Below are positions 30,894 through 44,328 of a DNA stretch of 64,000 nt, piece by piece. The DNA comes from Eledone cirrhosa (Eukaryota). The stretch is taken from NCBI GenBank assembly GCA_964016885.1, contig OZ024743.1:345898001-345962000 (forward strand), given 5' to 3'. Both the position numbers and the translations under genes were made by a program. Numbering within the stretch: the stretch's first letter is position 1; every line of letters starts with the position of its first letter. The notes under the pieces were generated by a model. It was not told the DNA's origin and did no database searches. It saw nothing but the letters and a program-made list of their open reading frames with translations.

Positions 30894-31586
30894 ATATGGC
30901 AGCATATTATGTTACAAAATGTCCTTGTAAAGTAATACATAGAACCTGATATATCCACTTATCTAGTATATATATATAGGATAGACCTGTATGTATGTGT
31001 TTGCTTGTGCATGTTGTTTTGAGTTGTCTGTTCAGTTTGTGTCCTAATGAACAAATCCTATGTTTTAAACATCGCCGTCTTTCTTTGGTTACAACATATA
31101 GAATACGCTCAGCATGACCGATTATGTTTTGCAATGTTTATTTGCCTTGAGATATATCAGAATAACAACAACGATAATAGCAATATGAAGTGTAAGATCA
31201 CTGCAAGATCAACGTCATAATAATGAAAACAACTATGGACAAACAATGAAAATCATAAAAAAATACCTTTGGAATTCCATAAAAGAGAAACGTAATTTCA
31301 TAGAGAAATCTCAGTTTCCCGTCTCTAATACACTTCATTCTCTCATTTATTTCCTTCTTTCATCGCATCTTTTTCTATAACTTTACATCTCGCCACTCCA
31401 CCCTCGTTACTACTTCTGCATCTTTCCTTTCACCCTCCCAACTTTCTGCAGCCCTGGGGGTTGTGGACGACATGCTCAGTCAGCTGTAAGGATATATAAT
31501 TAGAACAATGCCAATTACACATCATGCTGTCGTTTAAATGGTGGAAAAGGATTTGTGAAGTATAGACAAAGCAGGGAGTGAAAGCC

Positions 31587-31745
<159 letters not shown>

Positions 31746-32300
31746 TACATATATATGTTTACATATGTATAATATATTTTTAAATACATGCACACATTTT
31801 CGCACGCACACATGACCCCCTCCCGCCCATATATGTATATATATATATATATATATGTGTGTGTTTGTGTGGGTGTGTGTGTGTTTATGTGTGTGTGTGT
31901 GTGTGTGTGTGTGTGGAGAGAGAGAGAAAGGGCGAGGCCGAGATAGAGAAAATATAACGCTGAGACGGAGCGAGAAAGCTATTATATTTATATATATGAA
32001 ATAAAAGTGAAATAGGGAGAGAAAAGTGTAAAGGTTCTTCATCATTTCATCAAAACACTTTAACATATGACGGCAATTTTCATTATACACGGTTGACATA
32101 TATATGCTTTTCATTTCTATCACATGATTTGACAGAACAATTTTGAATCGGTTTAGAATCACATTCCTATCCTGCTTTAATTCTCGGGGAACTTTTTTTT
32201 TAATAACCTATCTCTATTTACAATTCAATTGAAGTGTTAACATTTTAAGTTCCTCCCTTAGTCTTCCAATATTTTGAATATATATATATATATATATAAA

Positions 32301-32419
32301 TAATTACAACAGTGACATAAACAGGTACTCCAGTTTCATTTTTCTCATGACAGGCTGAAGAAATTGGGGTCCAGAACCCAACGAAACTTGAGTACCTGTT
32401 TATGCCACTGTTGTAATTA
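32301..32419. repeat. short inverted repeat enclosing a type-I HHR
   Basis: TAATTACAACAGTGACATAAACAGGTACTCCAGTTTC mirrors GAAACTTGAGTACCTGTTTATGCCACTGTTGTAATTA. Confidence 0.85.
32350..32399 (+). ncRNA. type-I hammerhead ribozyme
   Basis: ACAGG-CTGAAGA-AATTGGG..CCCAAC-GAAA-CTTGAG-TA-CCTGT; perfect 5-bp stem I. Confidence 0.75.
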
Positions 32420-32509
32420 ATTATACTAAACTCGCCCTATGGACTGAGTGATCTTACTCTTGGATATTTCCCCTTAACTTTTACTTCTGTTTATATATAT
32501 ATATATATA

Positions 32510-32880
32510 TAAATGAAAACACACACACACTTAGAACAAACAACCAACCAGTAACATGTAAATAAACAAATAAAAACACACACAGATACCCGGATGTAAC
32601 ACATGCGCAAACTAAGCACACAACACACACAAAAACAAGATGGCGTAGGACAGAACAAATGAGAAGCACAAAACAAAGAAACTAATCCCCAGTCACTGAA
32701 GAGGTCACATAATGTGTGACGAAAGAACTTTGACAATATATGAACAACCGTCCGGTTGTGGAACCAACCAACCGGAAATTTATAAATTCTTAAATTTATA
32801 AATTTAATTTATAATAAATTGGAGTGAAAGCAACTGCTGCGTGTGTTTCTTATTGGCAACATGACTCTCCCAAATTATAA
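32510..32880 (+). mobile_element. HHR-bearing repeat family F
   Basis: Reverse complement of 42510-42900 and 4060-4290. Confidence 0.82.
32692..32734 (+). ncRNA. minimal type-I hammerhead ribozyme
   Basis: GTCA-CTGAAGA-G-GTCACA-TAATG-TGTGAC-GAAA-GAAC-TT-TGAC. Confidence 0.75.
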
Positions 32881-33014
32881 CAATATATATATATAAACTT
32901 ACACACACGAACATATATGTATATGTATATACCTATACATACAGATACAGATAATTACACAGATACATATTATTTATATATAGTTAAAAGAATAGAGGTG
33001 TAACACTCAAGTTA

Positions 33015-33389
33015 TTATATATTGGTAAACGGAATAGAAAATGCTGACAAATTGTTCACAGTGAAAACTAGTTTAATTAGGAATAAGTGAGAATTAGTAA
33101 TAGTATTGGTTAGTATTCAGTTTTGGTTTTAAGTTTTACCGGTTGCGCATTTCTAAATGCTTTTCAAAAATAATTTTGAAATAGAGCGTCCGTGATGTTT
33201 ACTCTGATCAGAGCAAACATCACGGACGCTCAATCTCAAAATTATTTTTGAAAAGCATTTAGAAATGCGCAACCGGTAAAACTTAAAACCAAAACTGAAT
33301 ACTAACCAATACAATTACTAATTCTCATTTATTCCTAATTAAACTATTTTTCACTGTAAACAATTTGTCAGCTATTTCTATTCCGTTTA

Positions 33390-33400
<11 letters not shown>
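33015..33400. repeat. about 385-bp spacerless palindrome centred on TGATCA
   Basis: Arms mirror about 33207.5 with few mismatches. Confidence 0.93.
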
Positions 33401-33466
<66 letters not shown>

Positions 33467-34925
33467 GAATACACACCTACATGCATATATGCATACGTAC
33501 ATTTATAGTAGTTATTCATTTTTCAATCAAAGAATAAAAATAAAGTTGTTGTTTTATTGAAGTAAAGGAAAAGATTTCAATCTCATATCATCTATATTAA
33601 TATTTAATGTAAAAGCATGCAGCGAAATTTCAAACTCCCTTTTAATAATTCAGTTTAATGTTCTTTCCATCTGGTAGGGATTTTACTTGGTAAGCATGAC
33701 ACCAATATACATTCGTTTGTCAAGTTAATTCCCTAAATAATAAATGCATTTGCAGAACATGGCGTATATTAAACGATGTGAGATATATTGAAGTCAAATA
33801 TATCTACAATCTTTTTAAAGTATAAAGCGCTCTGTGAAAGGAATAATGTGTAAACATACTTTCTATCATTACCTCTGTACACATAATATATAAGATATTT
33901 GCTGAACGAGTTTCAAAGATAATTACATATGTCGTTCTAAATCTATTCAGGGTTAATCAGAAATTCGTACACAGTGAGGTTCCAATGTCTTCCTTTATGA
34001 CTAGCAGACTACATCTATATTTGAACCTAGAACAAAGTAAGACTTGGAAATTTAAAGATGCAATCACATCCCAATATTCGTATTTTACTTATCGAGGCCG
34101 AAAGATTGACAGACGAAGTTATTATCGCTTGCATTTGAAATCAGAACAGGAGTCATAACGATAAATCACGTTGTCTTAAATTGCGCCAATTTGCAAATCT
34201 TCAGACAATGCATTTAGTTATTTTTCAGCTAGAGAAACAATCACAGTTACCATATGGAAATTGAGACATGCAGGAAGGAATTTCTTTGCGAATGTTAAGA
34301 CTAGTCTTTCACATGTTAAGACCAAAGAGATAATATGACATATACACTTTGACCCCAAAATAATAGTGAAAAAACATTAAATGGAGAAAAATATCACAAA
34401 AGATGACCGCTCCATATTATACATTATATTACATATTTCAGATACGCCCTGACTGAAGAGAACTATCATCAATGCTGTTTTGGCTATAATCCCACTACCG
34501 TATCAGGAGTATCCAACACCAAATGATCTTATGAATCTTTCCCAATTGGAAGACGAATAAGATAGAATTTGATGAAGAATTATCTATCCTTACTATGTAC
34601 AGGCGAACGAACATGCGCAGCTGTCTTAATTCTTGTTTCTATATTTATATTCACTTAGTTGAAGGCGGAAGGACAGTGAATATGAATATGCATATTGGAT
34701 AAAAAGTCAACTGTAGTGAGGTGACAAATCTGTATGGGAAAGAAATTGTTACCTTTCCTTACTCCTTCAAAATTAAGGGAAAAATGCTTTCCTGATTTGT
34801 TACTCAAGAGAGGACACAAATAGATCAATTGCCTATAGGATTCATGCTATACAGCTAACACATGCTGAGCCAGCCATCTGCACTGAATATCAAATAAGGA
34901 CTAGCATTAGTATCCGCTCTCTCTC

Positions 34926-34969
<44 letters not shown>

Positions 34970-35286
34970 TATATATACATACTACACATATAAGGAGATG
35001 ATTTTTATGATTTTGTAAAAAGTGGAATAAGTAAATCCCTTGGAGAGCATACACTGATTTTATTATAGTGGTAATAATTGGTGTTCGCACATTTTGTTTC
35101 TACTGATAGCAACAGTTGGTGCAAATATACCAAGATACTGATGAAAAACAAACCTCCGGTTTACTCTTGAGTTTTCCATCCAATGATCTGATCGTGTCAG
35201 ACACCAGCCTGGTATTTTAATTCCACACACACACACACATACACAGCCATACATCAAATCTTCTATCAAATACAATATTTCCAGTT

Positions 35287-35362
<76 letters not shown>

Positions 35363-35470
35363 TAAAAATAAAATAAATAAAATGTATATATAAGAATAAA
35401 AAAAATTCCTCCGCTATTTGACGGGATTTATTTTTCATCCCACGATGGGTTTGCCAGTTTAGTCGGTTAT

Positions 35471-35560
35471 ATACCATATATACTCGAATATAAGCCGAAG
35501 AATATGTGGCCAAAAATTCGATGTGCAAATGGGATTGACTTATATTCCGGGTCAATATTT
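35471..35560 (+). mobile_element. pogo/Tigger-like DNA transposon terminus
   Basis: TACCATATATACTCGAATATAAGCCGA with sub-terminal GACTTATATTC resembles pogo-type TIRs; only a very degenerate candidate partner near 36260-36330. Confidence 0.5.
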
Positions 35561-36539
35561 TGTCGATTTTTACCAACTTCAAATTCTACGTAAAAATGGT
35601 ACTAAAATATCTAGTGTGATTATTTCGCAATGAAACACTGTTTTACTACATTACCTATACCACCAAGAGTTTTATTTATGCATTTCCTTGAGAAATTTCC
35701 ACAAAGTTTTATTATTTGAATTTTTAATACCTAAATTTCCCCTACAAATAAAGTCAAAAACACATGCACGCACGTACAGGCTACATAGACACATGTGCTC
35801 CAATTGTTTTTCTCTGTAACTCAAGTAATTATACTTTGCCACTGTTAGTCTTGTTTTGTTTTATTTCGCCCGCTCCCTCTCTATCTTTTCTTGCTCTCAC
35901 CCTGTCTTTTTCACGCTCTCTCTCTCCACTCTCTCGCATGCTGTGCCCTCTTCTAAAGTCATTACGTACTGTATTTGTGAAACAACAATTATACTCTCAA
36001 CGGCGCTTGAAACATTTTAATTATATGAATGTTAAAACTTCTGAAATATTTTCTTCACCCATGAGAATTTCAAATCAGTGCTGTAATGTTTTCATTAGCA
36101 GCCCCAGCTTATAAAAGGGGTATAGCATTTCACAGATAGTAAGCATTAGCTCATGCGACAACCATTAGTTAAATTAAATGACCTCAGCTTCAAGAAAACC
36201 AGTGCCTTCGCAAATGATCGACTATTAATTTTTAGTGATAATTACGAGTAGGCAGGTGTGGTGAGCCGCATATATTCTAGCCATTTAAAAAAGCAAAATG
36301 AATTTTTCACCTTCGAAAGAGGGATGACTCAAGAAGAAAAGACAAAATATATATACAAATACATATGTTTCAAACACATAATGTACAAATGATGACAAGA
36401 ATGAAACAAATGTAAATATCGTACTTAAGGATTTTAAGCATAAAACCGTAAAATCAAAAGTGTCGTTGTGACATCATATAGTTCTCCCGTCACAAAATAC
36501 ATGATTGTCTTTTATTCATAAGCACTTCGCTGCAAACGA

Positions 36540-37020
36540 GCCTCTTGAATACAGCCAATTTAGTAGCGGAGAGTCGATAGAGAAATTGTGTGAGGAACAC
36601 CTGTGCTGTGATACAACATTTCTCCGTTCATACTCTGAGATTACCAGGTAATAGCGTCTGTGATGGTGGAGCCTAGAATCTATTGTAGATTGGAGTGTTT
36701 TAGTTAAATATTGTTCCTGTTAAAACTGGAGGCCGTACAATATGTGTAGCGGTTGTTTAGTTGTGCTATTAGGGGAGACACAATTGGAAATATTCAGTCA
36801 GATAATGTTTTTGTGATCTTTATTCATGATACTGAAGATATATGTAACATATAAATGACACTTGGTTGCGGAAACATATGTGCAGATTTGTATCATCTGT
36901 ATAGGAGTGATGATATAGTTGACGGCGTGTGTAATGTTGGCGCATATCTGGAAAATTGCGCGAGTCAGCATCAGACATTGAGGAAGATAAGATTGAGTTT
37001 AGTTTACTATGCAAGAGACC
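36540..37020 (-). pseudogene. old L2/CR1-type RT remnant
   Basis: HHSYTDDTNLHICF (YADDT motif) and downstream ILGSTITDAITW (LGVxxDxxLxW-like). Confidence 0.6.
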
Positions 37021-37149
37021 ATGGTTAATATTTCTCTGGATATTATCAGCACTGAGGGTGGTTTAAAATGTTATAGCCCTATATCGTAAGTATTGAGGCA
37101 AACTTTTATAATAGTTAAAAAGAATTAGATAGTATAATTATAAATAGTA

Positions 37150-38495
37150 CTAGCAGTAAAGCCCGGCGTTGCTCGGGGTCGCTCAGTAGCTGTGTTAAAG
37201 TTACAATGTTAAGTTTCTTTTTGGGCTTAAAAACTGTAGTGTCTACTGTGCAGACTTGCATGTGGTGTTTTTGATTAATATTCCCTCAACCAACAATATG
37301 CCTTATGAAGTTAATAAAACATAACGATAACCCGAATGTTATAACAAAAGAGGATGCTAGGGATAAAAACTGCACTGGTTATTTATTAACAAAGATCGAA
37401 AATGTAAACACTGCAACGCAGAGAAAAACATTAGCGTAACCAAATTATCAGTTATGTCTGTCTGCACGCCTATATCACCTCTCTGCACGACTGTCTGTCT
37501 GCACGCCTATATCACCTCTCTGCCCGACTGTCTGTCTGCACGCCTATATCACCTCTCTGCACGACTGTCTGTCTGCACGACTGTCTGTCTGCACGCCTAA
37601 CGACGAAATATTTGCTTGTTTTACGTAGTCTTTAAATAGACTTGTTTTCAAGTAAAAATATTGTTTTAAAATGCTTTTAAATGGAAATGAAGCGTGTTTT
37701 TGATTAATATTCCCTCAACCAACAATATGCCTTATGAAGTTAAGAAAACATAACGATAACCCGAATGTTATAACAAAAGAGGATGCTGGGGATAGAAACT
37801 GCACTGGTTATTTATTAACAAAGATCGAAAATGTAAACACTGCAACGCAGAGAAAAACATTAGCGTAACCAAATTATCAGCTATGTCTGTCTGCACGCCT
37901 ATATCACCTCCTGCACGACTGTCTGTCTGCACGCCTATATCACCTCTCTGCACGCCTATATCACCTCTCTGCACGACTGTCTGTCTGCACGCCTATATCA
38001 CCTCGCTGCACGACTATCTGTCTGCACGCGTATATCACCTCTCTGCACGACTGTCTGTCTGCACGCCTAACGACGAAATATTTGCTTGTTTTACGTAGTC
38101 TTTAAATAGACTTGTTTTCAAGTAAAAATATTGTTTTAAAATGCTTTTAAATGGAAATGAAGCAAAACGGAAGCTTAGTGTTCGAACTGATGAATTTTGC
38201 AGGTCAATATTTTGCTGGCTCGACAACTGTTACAGCCAGCGTAATTTTTTACGTAAGACGCTCAATGTAAACAGAACAAAGGGAAATAACTGATAACTTA
38301 CGCTCAAAAATCGATACATTATATTCGATTTCGTCACATAGGGTGGGTTAATTTGAAATTTTTTTTTCCGATGTCTTCGCTAGGGCTCAATGTACAAGTA
38401 TAGCAATTTCGGTGCAATTCCGTGAGATATTCTAAGAGGAGATGTGTGCAAAAAATCGATAGACAGACAGACAACCACAGTTTTATATATATAGA
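37150..38495 (-). mobile_element. non-autonomous Helitron
   Basis: Minus strand begins TCTATATATATAAAA and ends with hairpin CCCGAGCAACGCCGGG plus CTAG; inserted between A and T without a TSD. Confidence 0.85.
37265..38163. repeat. internal tandem duplication (429 + 470 bp) with a 36-bp minisatellite
   Basis: GTGTTTTTGATTAATATTCCC at 37265 and 37694; units of GTCTGTCTGCACGCCTATATCACCTCTCTGCACGACT. Confidence 0.93.
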
Positions 38496-38838
38496 TTACG
38501 TTTTTACTCTTTTACCTCTCCCATCCGACTGGCTGAGGCCATGCTGGAGCACCGCCATGGGTAGAAATAATAATACGATATATACGAGGATAGAAATATA
38601 ACTCTTTGTCATTATTACAAAGCATTGAGTTTATATCATTAATATCTTTTAGATATTATATCTTTAGAGTTTATATCATTAATATCATTTGATCTTACAA
38701 CTTTAGAACTTGTATCTAAATAAGTTATCAAAATTTCGACCCCGTACATTTGATGCTATAAACATTTATTGCATCGAATAACAAGATGTTCATTGACGCA
38801 TTCACAGATACACATATACCCATATACAACTATGTATG

Positions 38839-38884
<46 letters not shown>

Positions 38885-38901
<17 letters not shown>

Positions 38902-38960
38902 ATATGTATGTATATATATACGTATGTACGTATGTATACACCAATAAATATATATGTAAC

Positions 38961-39012
<52 letters not shown>

Positions 39013-39051
39013 CGAAGTTATATATATCATGCACACATACGTATGTATATA

Positions 39052-39120
<69 letters not shown>

Positions 39121-39179
39121 ATATGTATGTATATATATACGTATGTACGTATGTATACACCAATAAATATATATGTAAC

Positions 39180-39233
<54 letters not shown>

Positions 39234-39272
39234 CGAAGTTATATATATCATGCACACATACGTATGTATATA

Positions 39273-39300
<28 letters not shown>
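38885..39300. repeat. tandem duplication of a compound microsatellite unit (about 220 bp)
   Basis: CACCAATAAATATATATGTAACTTC and CGAAGTTATATATATCATGCACAC each occur twice. Confidence 0.85.
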
Positions 39301-39339
<39 letters not shown>

Positions 39340-39899
39340 GTATATCTACACACATATATACAGATATACATACCAAAACCTATACATGTATGCATACATT
39401 CACACATTCATACATACATACTTAAACATCTTCGCCAAGAAATTTCTGAACACTGAGACACAAGTGCAATCTGAGACGACAAACAATACCAACATAAAAA
39501 ATAAAAACACATGAATGCCAAATACTATGAGAAAAGACATAAAAGTAAACGAGGAAGCAAGTAAATTAAGGTTAGGTAGAAAGGCAGGTAGGCTTCGTTA
39601 ATTCTATATCACATACATAGTAAGTTTCGGCAATGAAAAATTTATCGTCTGCTCGCCTGATTAACAAGCACTAAAATCTGGACAGGGAAGCAGTGAAACG
39701 AAATCTCTTCAAGCCGAAACGAATACCTAATAGTAGCTTTGAAAACAAAAAAAAACTATCTGCATAAATAGGCGGGAATGGGCGTACATAGGCGTACTAA
39801 ATACTAAGCACGGGAAAACTTGTGCTTTCACATCAAACACTCATCTTCATTCTAAGCTCCTTTCAACCCACTACAATTGTTTATATACGCACACATATA

Positions 39900-39959
<60 letters not shown>

Positions 39960-40017
39960 TACATATATATATATACCTATACATGTGTATATATATATAC
40001 TTATACATATATATACA

Positions 40018-40058
<41 letters not shown>

Positions 40059-40404
40059 GCACATGTGTGTGTATACTTACTTGCATATACATTTGTTTGT
40101 GAGTATAAAAGAGAAGGGGCAGTTTGTATATCGGATATACTTGAAAATAACGATATAAAGATATATCAACAAATGCATTGCTTCCAAGCTTTCTTCTTTG
40201 TAATAAAAGAAAAAACGAATAAAAATAAGCTCACGTAAAACAAATACAATATAAACGCAGTAATAGAAACGAGATTAGCAAAGAACGTGGTAACAAAGAA
40301 GATACAAATTGCGAGGAGAAAGACAGTAGAAAAAACTGAGATTCTGCTTCTGCTGCTACCGCTGCTGATGATGATAATAATAATGATGATAATAATGATT
40401 ACAA

Positions 40405-40600
40405 GACCTGTAATTTGAGGGGAGGGGAAAGTCGATTAAATTGACCCCAGTGCGTGACTGGTACTTTATTTTATCGACCCTGGAACGATGAAAGGCAAAT
40501 TTAACTTCAGCGGGATTTGAACTCAGAGCGTAAAGGGCCATAGCTCTATGCTGCAAAACATGGTGTCTGACGCTTTACCGATACTGCTAATCCACCACCA
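40405..40600 (-). mobile_element. SINE family A variant
   Basis: Core reverse complement GGTACTTTATTTTATCGACCC...GGATTTGAACTC. Confidence 0.82.
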
Positions 40601-40619
40601 TAAACATTACCAAGTTAGG

Positions 40620-40795
40620 CACAAGGTCAACCATTTTTGGGGTGGAGAAGAATGTCGATTATATAGACACCACTAAGTGAATGCAAAGAATGGAAAGCAA
40701 AGTTGACCTCGTTGGGATTCGAACTCAGAAGACAGATTCCAAACGAATACCACCAATCATTGTATTTGATACCCGAACGACTCAGCGAATCTATC
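40620..40795 (-). mobile_element. diverged SINE family A relative
   Basis: AAAGTTGACCTCGTTGGGATTCGAACTCAGAA. Confidence 0.6.
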
Positions 40796-41699
40796 ACCCT
40801 AATAACTATAATAATAGTAGCAAGAAATAAAGCGAGTCGATCTGAAAAACATATCCGGTGATTATTCCACAAATGGACTAGCAAATTAGAACTATGAATA
40901 AAATATATGGTTGTTAGTCTTTGTGTTGTCATCAAAACCGTCACCAACCTCATCATCTTCAACATAATCAGCAAACATTTTTTTTTTTTTTCGTTGTGTT
41001 GTCAATGAAGTTGGTGGAGGAGGCGGTATTAGTAGATATCGATGTTGTTTCGTTACTGTGTATCCTTTTCTTATTTTTATTGTTGTACTAGTAGAATCAC
41101 CTTGGAAATGATGGGTGGTGCGTGGGTAACGAGAATAAGACTTGTTGTCACTATGCTTTCTAAAGATGATGATCAAAAGAATTCGTGAAAAAAAGAGTCC
41201 TACTCTCCTCACATCGAAAATAGTATAAAAAAAATACAAAATACCCGATAGAACAACAAATACATAAATAAAAATATAAAGGAAAATACAATGTTTATAT
41301 GGGAAAGGAAAGGGGAATAAGAAGAAATAGAGGAATCTAGATGAAACGTGAGTAGGGAGAGACAGAGTTCGATACATATATATATAAAGAGAGAGATAGA
41401 GAATGAGTGTGGGAGGGGAGGGTGAACAAGAATGAGAAACAGATAGAAAGAGAGAAAGAAGGAAACAATGGAAGATCATTAAAATAATAAAAACAAGTAT
41501 AAACAAGAAAATAAGAAATGAAGATATACGAGTAGAAAAGAAAGAAAGAAGGTAAAAATACAAATGAAAGGGAAAGCAAAGAAGAAGAAATAAAAAATAA
41601 AACTTAGCGAAAAGACAAAAGTACGTACAGCACAGTAAAACCTACAGCTATGAGATCCTACAACGATAGGTGTGTGTATATATATATATATATATATGA

Positions 41700-41720
41700 G
41701 GGGTGTATGTTCAAATGTAT

Positions 41721-41777
<57 letters not shown>

Positions 41778-41970
41778 CATTTGAACACACACACACATAT
41801 ATATGTATTAGCTTATATATATATATGTGTGTGTGTGTGTGTTCAAATGTATGATATATATATATATATATATTATACATTTGAACACACACACACATAT
41901 ATATGTATTAGCTTATATATATATATGTGTGTGTGTGTGTGTTCAAATGTATGATATATATATATATACA
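41700..41970. repeat. chain of alternating short inverted repeats
   Basis: GTTCAAATGTAT at 41709, 41841 and 41941 alternates with its reverse complement ATACATTTGAAC near 41775 and 41875. Confidence 0.85.
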
Positions 41971-42010
41971 TCATACATTACACCAATTACACAAACACAC
42001 ACACACACAT

Positions 42011-42044
<34 letters not shown>

Positions 42045-42404
42045 GCTAATATACATGTGTGTGTAAACGTTTTTGGGCATGTGTGTTTATGTTTCTATAT
42101 GTTTTTGTGTATATATGTGATTTGGCGAGGATGATCGTGAAATTGGAGGTAGGCGGGTGGATGGTAAGCAAAGTAAGAGAATGTTGAAGAGAGCGAACAT
42201 TAAAATGATTTTTCGATGAATTACAGGCAAGGAGCTTGTGAAATGTCTTAGAAATGGGTTGTCAGTCATTTAATTTCCACGTAACTTGTATGCATACGTT
42301 GTGAATAGAATGATGTATATCTATATATGTATGCATAAGCATGAAGGATGAAGACTTAGTAGAAATCTAAAAGGCGTCGGTATATATTTAAATGTGTGCG
42401 TGCA

Positions 42405-42447
<43 letters not shown>

Positions 42448-42451
<4 letters not shown>

Positions 42452-42900
42452 CGTTTCTGAATTTGTTTAGCAAGATTCTTTATCTGAAAACGTGTGTTGA
42501 AACCGATATTGTTATACTTTGGGAGGGTCATGTTGCCAATAAGAAACACACGCACCAGTTGTTTCACATCAATTTATTATAATACATTTAATTTATAAAT
42601 TTAGGAATTTATAAATTTCCGGTTGGTTGGTTGGTTCCACAACCAGATAGTTGTTTATATATTGTCAAAGTTCTTTCGTCACACATTATGTGACCTCTTC
42701 AGTGACTGGGATTTTTTTCTTTGTTTTTGTGCTTCTCCTTTGTTCTGTCCTACGCCATATTGTTTCTGTGGGTGTGTTGTGTGCTCAGTCTGAGCATGCG
42801 CCACATCCGGGTGTCTGTGTGTGTTTATATTCGTTTATATATTTGTTTATTTACATTTTACAGGTTGGTTGTTTGTTCTATGTGCGTGTGTGTTTTCATT
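42448..42900 (-). mobile_element. HHR-bearing repeat family F (HHR at 42664-42706); 3' piece repeated at 43812-43898
   Basis: HHR identical to 32692-32734; flanked by (TA)n. Confidence 0.82.
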
Positions 42901-43261
42901 TTGTCCTTTATTGTAAGTTGTGATGTTGCTGTTCTACTCATGTTTTCTATTTAATTTTGGTTGTAATTCTTTTATGTTTATTGCCTCTGTAATTTGTCTA
43001 AACATTGCGTCTTTTCTGTGTGTAGATTCTATTTTTATTTCTATGTTCTATAATTTACCCTTATGTTCTAATTTAGCATGTTGGTAGAGTACAGATAATT
43101 CTTTGCTATCTTATTTACTATCACGTGGTCATTTATCCGTTCCCCTACACTACGAGCTGTCTCACCTATGTACACTATATGTTTGTCTCTACATTGTCCT
43201 TCAGTACATCTTATGCTATATACTACATTTCTAGTTTTACAGTTAATATGGGGGCTTAATT

Positions 43262-43465
<204 letters not shown>

Positions 43466-43522
43466 ATATATTTATATACATATATGTATATATGTATGTA
43501 TATATATATGTATATATGTATG

Positions 43523-43554
<32 letters not shown>

Positions 43555-43657
43555 TATATATATATATATATTTATATATGTATATATATATATGTATGTA
43601 TATTATATCTATCTATCTATCTATGTATCTCTCCTTCTCTCTCCCTCTCGCTCTCTC

Positions 43658-43708
<51 letters not shown>

Positions 43709-43914
43709 TATAATTCCAGATTAAAGTGAATCCAAAGAATCGCTGCTTTCACATTTATTATTATTACTATTATTATTATTACTAAATATATATATATGTA
43801 TATATGTATAAATATTTCGTTTCTGAATTTGTTTAGCAATATTCTTTATCTGAAAACGTGTGTTGAAACCGATATTGTAATACTTTGGGAGGGTCATGTA
43901 TATATGTATATATG

Positions 43915-43993
<79 letters not shown>

Positions 43994-44004
43994 ATATATA
44001 AAAT

Positions 44005-44270
44005 AAGGAACGATCGACTTTCGTCAAATCCGACCGAGGAAGCAATGTTTCTGTTGGTCTTTCCAATTGCTAATACTATCTATCGGTCGCAACTCCAGAT
44101 AGAAGGAGGAACGGGAAATAAAGTGTCTTGCTCAAGGACATAACGCATCGCCCGGTCCAGGAATCGAACTTACGACCTCACATTGCGAATCCAATTCTCT
44201 AACCACTCAGCCACACGCCTTCACTAACCACTCAGCCACACGCCTTCACCTAACCACTCAGCCACACGCC
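44005..44270 (-). mobile_element. tRNA-derived SINE with a CORE/V-like central domain; head triplicated
   Basis: Minus strand A-box TGGCTGAGTGG, B-box GTTCGATTCC, TGTCCTTGAGCAAGACACTT; CTAACCACTCAGCCACACGCCT occurs three times. Confidence 0.82.
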
Positions 44271-44271
44271 T

Positions 44272-44328
<57 letters not shown>

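Noticed and set aside
33044-33075. CTGACAA-ATTGT/ACAGT-GAAA HHR-like motif
   Set aside because: Core G is missing in both arms, there is no stem I, and orientation is opposite to the other pairs
37455-38070. 36-bp repeats resembling a CRISPR array
   Set aside because: Head-to-tail units without unique spacers, inside a eukaryotic Helitron
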